DNA of 64,000 nucleotides, taken from contig BK006946.2 of the NCBI GenBank assembly GCA_000146045.2, positions 288,001 through 352,000 of the forward strand, written 5' to 3'. Below the pieces are notes generated by a model. It saw nothing but the letters and a program-made list of their open reading frames with translations, had not been told where the DNA came from and made no database searches. Below, piece by piece: positions 59,511-64,000 of this stretch. Every line of letters starts with the position of its first letter. Within the stretch, counting starts at the first letter, position 1. The position numbers were made by a program, and so were the translations under genes. This DNA is from TPA_inf: Saccharomyces (lineage: Eukaryota).

Positions 59511-60260
59511 CTATTTGATGTTGTTGGCCAAGGCATCTTTTCTCTCTTCCCAAACAGTCTTTCCGGTACACGCACACACTTGTTTATTATTTTCCCACAC
59601 ACCAGCGCTTCTCGCAATGACTCCCAGAAATGAGTAGTCCTTAACGGAGGAAGGCTCGTTTTCTGGGTGGTTCAGAGACTTGGAAATGACAAAGCTGCGG
59701 CCGATAAGTTGCCATGTTGGCAAGGGAGCGCTCAGAAAGGTCTTCCCACTGTACAAGTTCTTGCCCAAATCACTCTCGTTGAAGCATTCAATGGGTTCGT
59801 CGAACTTGTGCCAAACTTTACCAGTAGATTCCACGCCCTTGGAGACGTCGCCTTTCTCGTGAATGCTGGCGTGGTAATTTCCCGCCTCTGGGACGCCATT
59901 TACAGTGATGTCAAAAAGAGTCTTATTCTCTCCAACCTGAACGATTCTTGCTAGGCCCCTCACGGCGGTGTCCTTTTTCTGGTCTATAGTATATTTTTGA
60001 AAGGTCTCTAAGATAGCGACCGCGGAAGAATTCGGCTTCCCGGCGCCTCTTATGATGGCGTCTTTACCACAGTTTCGCAAGGTGTTGATGATGGTTGAAG
60101 GGGCTACTGAGCTTTCCACGCTCATTATTTGTTGCTCTATATCGAAATTCAATGAATTGATTCCTGGGACATTTTTTAGGCATGCCTTTATATCATTCAC
60201 GCAATTTTCACAGTGCATGGGAATGGCATAAGTAGCCTCGTATGTATCGTTCGTGGTCAT
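59511..60260 (-). CDS. CCS1: Copper chaperone for Cu,Zn-superoxide dismutase, 249 aa
   Basis: Atx1-like domain with MHCENC (MxCxxC), SOD1-like central domain, C-terminal CxC (CAC) motif. Confidence 0.93.
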   Translation of the reverse strand: MTTNDTYEATYAIPMHCENCVNDIKACLKNVPGINSLNFDIEQQIMSVESSVAPSTIINTLRNCGKDAIIRGAGKPNSSAVAILETFQKYTIDQKKDTAVRGLARIVQVGENKTLFDITVNGVPEAGNYHASIHEKGDVSKGVESTGKVWHKFDEPIECFNESDLGKNLYSGKTFLSAPLPTWQLIGRSFVISKSLNHPENEPSSVKDYSFLGVIARSAGVWENNKQVCACTGKTVWEERKDALANNIK

Positions 60261-60643
60261 TTTTGTGCTGATCGAATGGGTTTCTGCCTTGCAAAGATAT
60301 CTTTATTCTTTTCTTAGTCTAAATTTTTTTTTTTTGGCTTGCCTTTAATATATTATTTTTCCGAACAATGAATTTTTACCCTCTTCCATTCTCACTGTGT
60401 ACTAGTTGTACGGGGAAAATGCTTAGTAAGCGCAAATTTTTTTTTGATAGTATATTATACTGAAATGTACAAGATTAACTTTTGTCTGGTTATTATAAAT
60501 CACATATTTGATTATATGAATTGTTAAAATGAATTTGACAAACAGAAAAGTATATATTTTTATTTCTTTTTTTTTTTTTTTATTCTCTAATAAGCTCGTT
60601 GGATGGAAGACGTTGACATAAGCAAGCTCAACTTCCAGGACTA

Positions 60644-61522
60644 TTATTCTTCTTCACTTATGTCGTCTTCAGCCTTGTTCATTTCAGCTTCCAAGCTTTG
60701 AGCAAATTCTTCGTCACTAGAATTTGCATCTTTTGACTCGTTTATGTTGGAGACAATATCTTCTTTTTTAGCTTGAAGTGTGGGTACAGGTTCAGGTTCA
60801 GGTTCAGCTATCTTTTCTTTTGCCTTTGCCTCTTTCTCTTGTTCTGCAACTGCTTTTGCCTTTGCCTCCTCTGCCTCTTCTTTTTCCTTTTGCTTGCGTT
60901 CCTCTTGTTGTTTCCTACCTGCCTGGCCTGGGATGATCAAAGTAGCATTGGCTTCTCTTTCAGCGTTTTGAATGTTTTCCTCGTGTGGAAGTAGAGTAGG
61001 TGGAGCAGGTTTCTTCTTCTTTGAACGTGGCTCCAAGTCATGACTCTCATTAGATGCTTTGGACTTATCTTCTCTCCTCTTCTTTGGGCTGTTCTTGTCC
61101 TTCCCGTTTTTATCCTTGTCGTTATTAGTACTGTCATTATTGTTATCATCTTCATATTCGTCGTCGGACAATAGTCTAACCATTTTGGTTTTTGGTCTCT
61201 TGGATCCTAGCCTTCTCAAGGCTTCATCAATATTCAATCTGTGCTTAAGCAATTCGTCGTATAGATCTTCTGTCAACGAAATACCTTTCTTCCCAGGTTT
61301 CATTTCGCCTGTAGATGAGTCCAGATAGTACTCACGGATATCAATTAAATTTATGTTTCTAAATTGTCTTACCGTGACCCTCTTATTTTTACCCAGATCA
61401 AAAATTGCATCTGATGCGGATAGTCCAGATGGCATACCACCATTGTTATTGTTACTGTTACTTAAGTTTCCTCCACCATTATCGCTTCTTCTTTTGTTCC
61501 TATACCTGTTGTAATATGACAT
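60644..61522 (-). CDS. SUB1: PC4-family transcriptional coactivator, 292 aa
   Basis: PC4 ssDNA-binding domain (RVTVRQFRNINLIDIREYY...GKKGISL) and a charged Lys/Glu C-terminal tail. The true ATG is at 61522 (MSYYNRYRNKRRS). Confidence 0.9.
   Translation of the reverse strand: MSYYNRYRNKRRSDNGGGNLSNSNNNNGGMPSGLSASDAIFDLGKNKRVTVRQFRNINLIDIREYYLDSSTGEMKPGKKGISLTEDLYDELLKHRLNIDEALRRLGSKRPKTKMVRLLSDDEYEDDNNNDSTNNDKDKNGKDKNSPKKRREDKSKASNESHDLEPRSKKKKPAPPTLLPHEENIQNAEREANATLIIPGQAGRKQQEERKQKEKEEAEEAKAKAVAEQEKEAKAKEKIAEPEPEPVPTLQAKKEDIVSNINESKDANSSDEEFAQSLEAEMNKAEDDISEEE
60786..60806. repeat. (GGTTCA)3 hexanucleotide tandem repeat inside SUB1 coding sequence (encodes EPEPEP)
   Basis: caggttcaggttcaggttcag seen directly. 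Confidence 0.85.
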
Positions 61523-61704
61523 AGCGCTTGTGTTTGTATATATGTCGAAAAATTGATGTGTACGGAAAGATTTAATATTAAATAGCTTTCTTAAGTGGGC
61601 AACCAAAAGTGTTTCTTTGATTGGGGACTTTTACAAAATTCACGTTTACAACCTCTTCTCTTGTCTTCCTATCGTTCCCTGGATCAAATTAAGAATTTTC
61701 ATCA

Positions 61705-61795
61705 AGAATAGAGAGCAGAAGGCAAGCCAAGAGAGAAAAAGAAAGAGAGAAAGAAAGAAAGGAGAGGAAGAGGAGATGAAAAGAGAGGAAAACTT
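61705..61795. repeat. Polypurine (GA-rich) tract, about 90 bp, in the SUB1 upstream region
   Basis: aagagagaaaaagaaagagagaaagaaagaaaggagaggaagaggag... It reads as pyrimidine-rich on the SUB1 coding strand. Confidence 0.85.
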
Positions 61796-62380
61796 GAGTT
61801 TTGATAAAGAAATTTGAGGAAGGTAAAAGTAAAATTCCCATTCAAATGAATGTATTAATAAATTCTCATCATTAAAAGGAGGGAAAAATTACGTATAACG
61901 TAAAGATAAAACGTGTGTGTGTGCAGTGCTATACTCATTGTCCTTGTTAGTGATGATAATTCGTCCCAGCTGAAAAAACTCAAAATAAGTATTACCCGGA
62001 TCGAGGCTGTGGCATTTAGCGCCGCTGTCTTGACCATCCACCAATGGTTGATAATAACATCGGATGATCAGCCCATTTTTGGTGTATTACTATCCCATCT
62101 CATTCTTCCAAAAAACACGTATATATCATTGACGAGATCGAGATACGTCTGCTGTGTTTAACGGCTAACTTGGTTGTGTAGGCTTGTGTCAATTAGGCAA
62201 AATGGTTTTCTTGGAAAAAAGACAAGGGAAAAAAAAGGGTTGATAGAGCAATATATGTACAGCTGGCCTTCTCTGAGAAAAGCTAGCCGCCTGGAAGTAA
62301 ATAAATACGCTGAGTGTTCGTTGGAGCATGAATTATGTGAATAGAAAAATACTAAGCAAAATTTCAAAGTCGAGTTAGTG

Positions 62381-62863
62381 ATGGGTGTTTATTTGGCAGT
62401 ACTCTTTTCGTTACTGGTCATCGAAATGGCCATTCTGTTTATTTTGGTACTTCCGCTTCCACAGCGTATGAGAAGGTGGCTGTATATACGCTACAGTATC
62501 ATAAGTACTAATAAGAAATTCAGAACTTATATGGTTGGAATCATGATCTTCGTTGGTCTTTTGTTCATCGATTCATGGAAAAGGTCACAGATCAGAGTGT
62601 CTACGTACCGCAACCAGAAAAATCCCTATATAATAAATAGTGTAACCCCAGTGGATGCACTGGCTTCAAGGGCATATAACCAAAGGAATGTTTACATTTC
62701 AGGCTTCATCATCTACTTTTATATATGTATACTCACCGTGATGAGTATATTGCGAAGAATAGTGGAATGGAATGACAAAATGAAGGCTGGAGATGACATT
62801 CTGAAGGAAAAGTTAAGACGAAAGCAAAAATATTTAGAGGAATTGCAGAAGAAGAAATTTTAA
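62381..62863 (+). CDS. YET2: BAP31-like ER membrane protein, 160 aa
   Basis: Three N-terminal TM helices and a C-terminal coiled coil (KEKLRRKQKYLEELQKKK). The track start is a GTG at 62378; the ATG is at 62381. Confidence 0.82.
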   Translation: MGVYLAVLFSLLVIEMAILFILVLPLPQRMRRWLYIRYSIISTNKKFRTYMVGIMIFVGLLFIDSWKRSQIRVSTYRNQKNPYIINSVTPVDALASRAYNQRNVYISGFIIYFYICILTVMSILRRIVEWNDKMKAGDDILKEKLRRKQKYLEELQKKKF

Positions 62864-62965
62864 AAGGAAAAAACTAAAAAAGAAGAAAAGGAAAAACTTA
62901 CATATGTAAATAGAACAAATGAATATAAACTAAAATTTGACAAATTTTTTTTCTTTTTGGGGTGA

Positions 62966-63973
62966 TTATATCATTTCTGGATGAGGAATACCTGAAGACC
63001 ACTCTTCATTAAAATGTTCTTTAAAAATATTCTTTTGGATATATTCTACTAGTTGTCCGTCCTTAGAAGATAATCTGTTGCCATTCGATTTCACAATTTC
63101 GTAATTATCCAGAGCAAGTTTCAATTCTTCCATGCTACTGACTCCAAGAACAACGGGTCCCTTTCCTACCCATTCCGAAATCGCGTATCTTGTGGCCAAA
63201 TCGGCTAAGTCGACATTTTGTTCTTGACAGTATTTGGCAGCCTGAGATGCGCATTCTCTCAATTCATGAGAACACGGGTGAAACTGTCTTGTCTCCTGTG
63301 ACCTTAGTAGCGACATGCTCAAGATTGATGCGTTGCAAACCATTTTCAGTTTAGCATTGCGTAGCAGTCTTTCTCGAAAGTTCAATAGCTTATTGTTTTG
63401 TAAGTTCAAGTTACAATAGGACAATACTGCATCCAATGACCCAATATCACTTTCCTCGGTAGAGCAGTACTCAGCAAGCCAGGTGATAAAGTCGATTGGG
63501 TAGCCTGATATGCCAAAATTTTTGATAACTCCTTTGTTCTTCAAGGTCCTCAATTCCTTTAATGCCTCTAAGATGTCTGGAAATTTGACAAACTCGACAT
63601 CGTGCAAGTACACCAAATCGAGATATGTAGTGTGTAATCTTTCGCACGATCTGTGAACACTAAATCTCACGAAATCTCTAGAATAGTTAAACTCTTCCGC
63701 ACCAATACGCCCAACCTTTGTGCATATAAAATAAGTGTCTCTGGGAAATTCATTCCTTAAATTGGACAGTGCCCTACCATAAAGAACCTCACTAGGGCCA
63801 TAGTAGGGAGAAGTGTCAATTGCATTGATACCATGCGAAAATGCGTATTTGATTATGTCTTCCAGTGGAATGGATTCTGGCTCATCTGTATATTGCTGGT
63901 TCAGTATTGCACCTCCTAAGACTAAAGGAGAAACCGAAGCTAAGTCGAATGGATTCACTTTTTCATTAACCAT
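62966..63973 (-). CDS. ARA2: NAD-dependent D-arabinose dehydrogenase, aldo-keto reductase family, 335 aa
   Basis: AKR fold with conserved D, Y, K and H catalytic positions (DTSPYYG ... K). 335 aa. The window ends about 27 bp upstream of the ATG. Confidence 0.85.
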   Translation of the reverse strand: MVNEKVNPFDLASVSPLVLGGAILNQQYTDEPESIPLEDIIKYAFSHGINAIDTSPYYGPSEVLYGRALSNLRNEFPRDTYFICTKVGRIGAEEFNYSRDFVRFSVHRSCERLHTTYLDLVYLHDVEFVKFPDILEALKELRTLKNKGVIKNFGISGYPIDFITWLAEYCSTEESDIGSLDAVLSYCNLNLQNNKLLNFRERLLRNAKLKMVCNASILSMSLLRSQETRQFHPCSHELRECASQAAKYCQEQNVDLADLATRYAISEWVGKGPVVLGVSSMEELKLALDNYEIVKSNGNRLSSKDGQLVEYIQKNIFKEHFNEEWSSGIPHPEMI

Positions 63974-64000
63974 CTTATAGTCTCCGTTGTTACTCTTTTA

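Overview
This window reads as a gene-dense, largely collinear stretch of the Saccharomyces cerevisiae chromosome XIII right arm, running from HXT2 (YMR011W) to ARA2 (YMR041C). I identified the genes from their translated products, recognisable family motifs and the conserved gene order; gene names are from memory of the proteins, not a database search. It holds about 31 protein-coding genes, and ARP9 is the only spliced one. It also holds two tRNA genes: tRNA-Glu(UUC) on the + strand at 2801-2872 and tRNA-Ala(AGC) on the - strand at 33147-33219. The 2.1-kb gap between SEC59 and BUD22 has no ORFs. It carries an array of seven box C/D snoRNA units spaced about 200 bp apart, which I take to be the polycistronic snR78-snR72 cluster. 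Two of the units contain guide sequences complementary to 18S rRNA that I could check by eye. A Rap1 site and a TATA box lie upstream of the array. The supplied ORF track accepts TTG and GTG starts, so several listed ORFs carry short false 5' extensions; I trimmed these to the first in-frame ATG. I see no evidence of a novel or undescribed system. This is ordinary, well-characterised yeast chromatin with no mobile elements, CRISPR or prokaryote-like features. The most structured non-ORF signals are the snoRNA array, an apparent A:G mismatch in the tRNA-Glu acceptor stem, a GC-rich block in the SOK2/SPO20 intergenic region, and a second GC-rich, CCGG-dense block upstream of MSN2.
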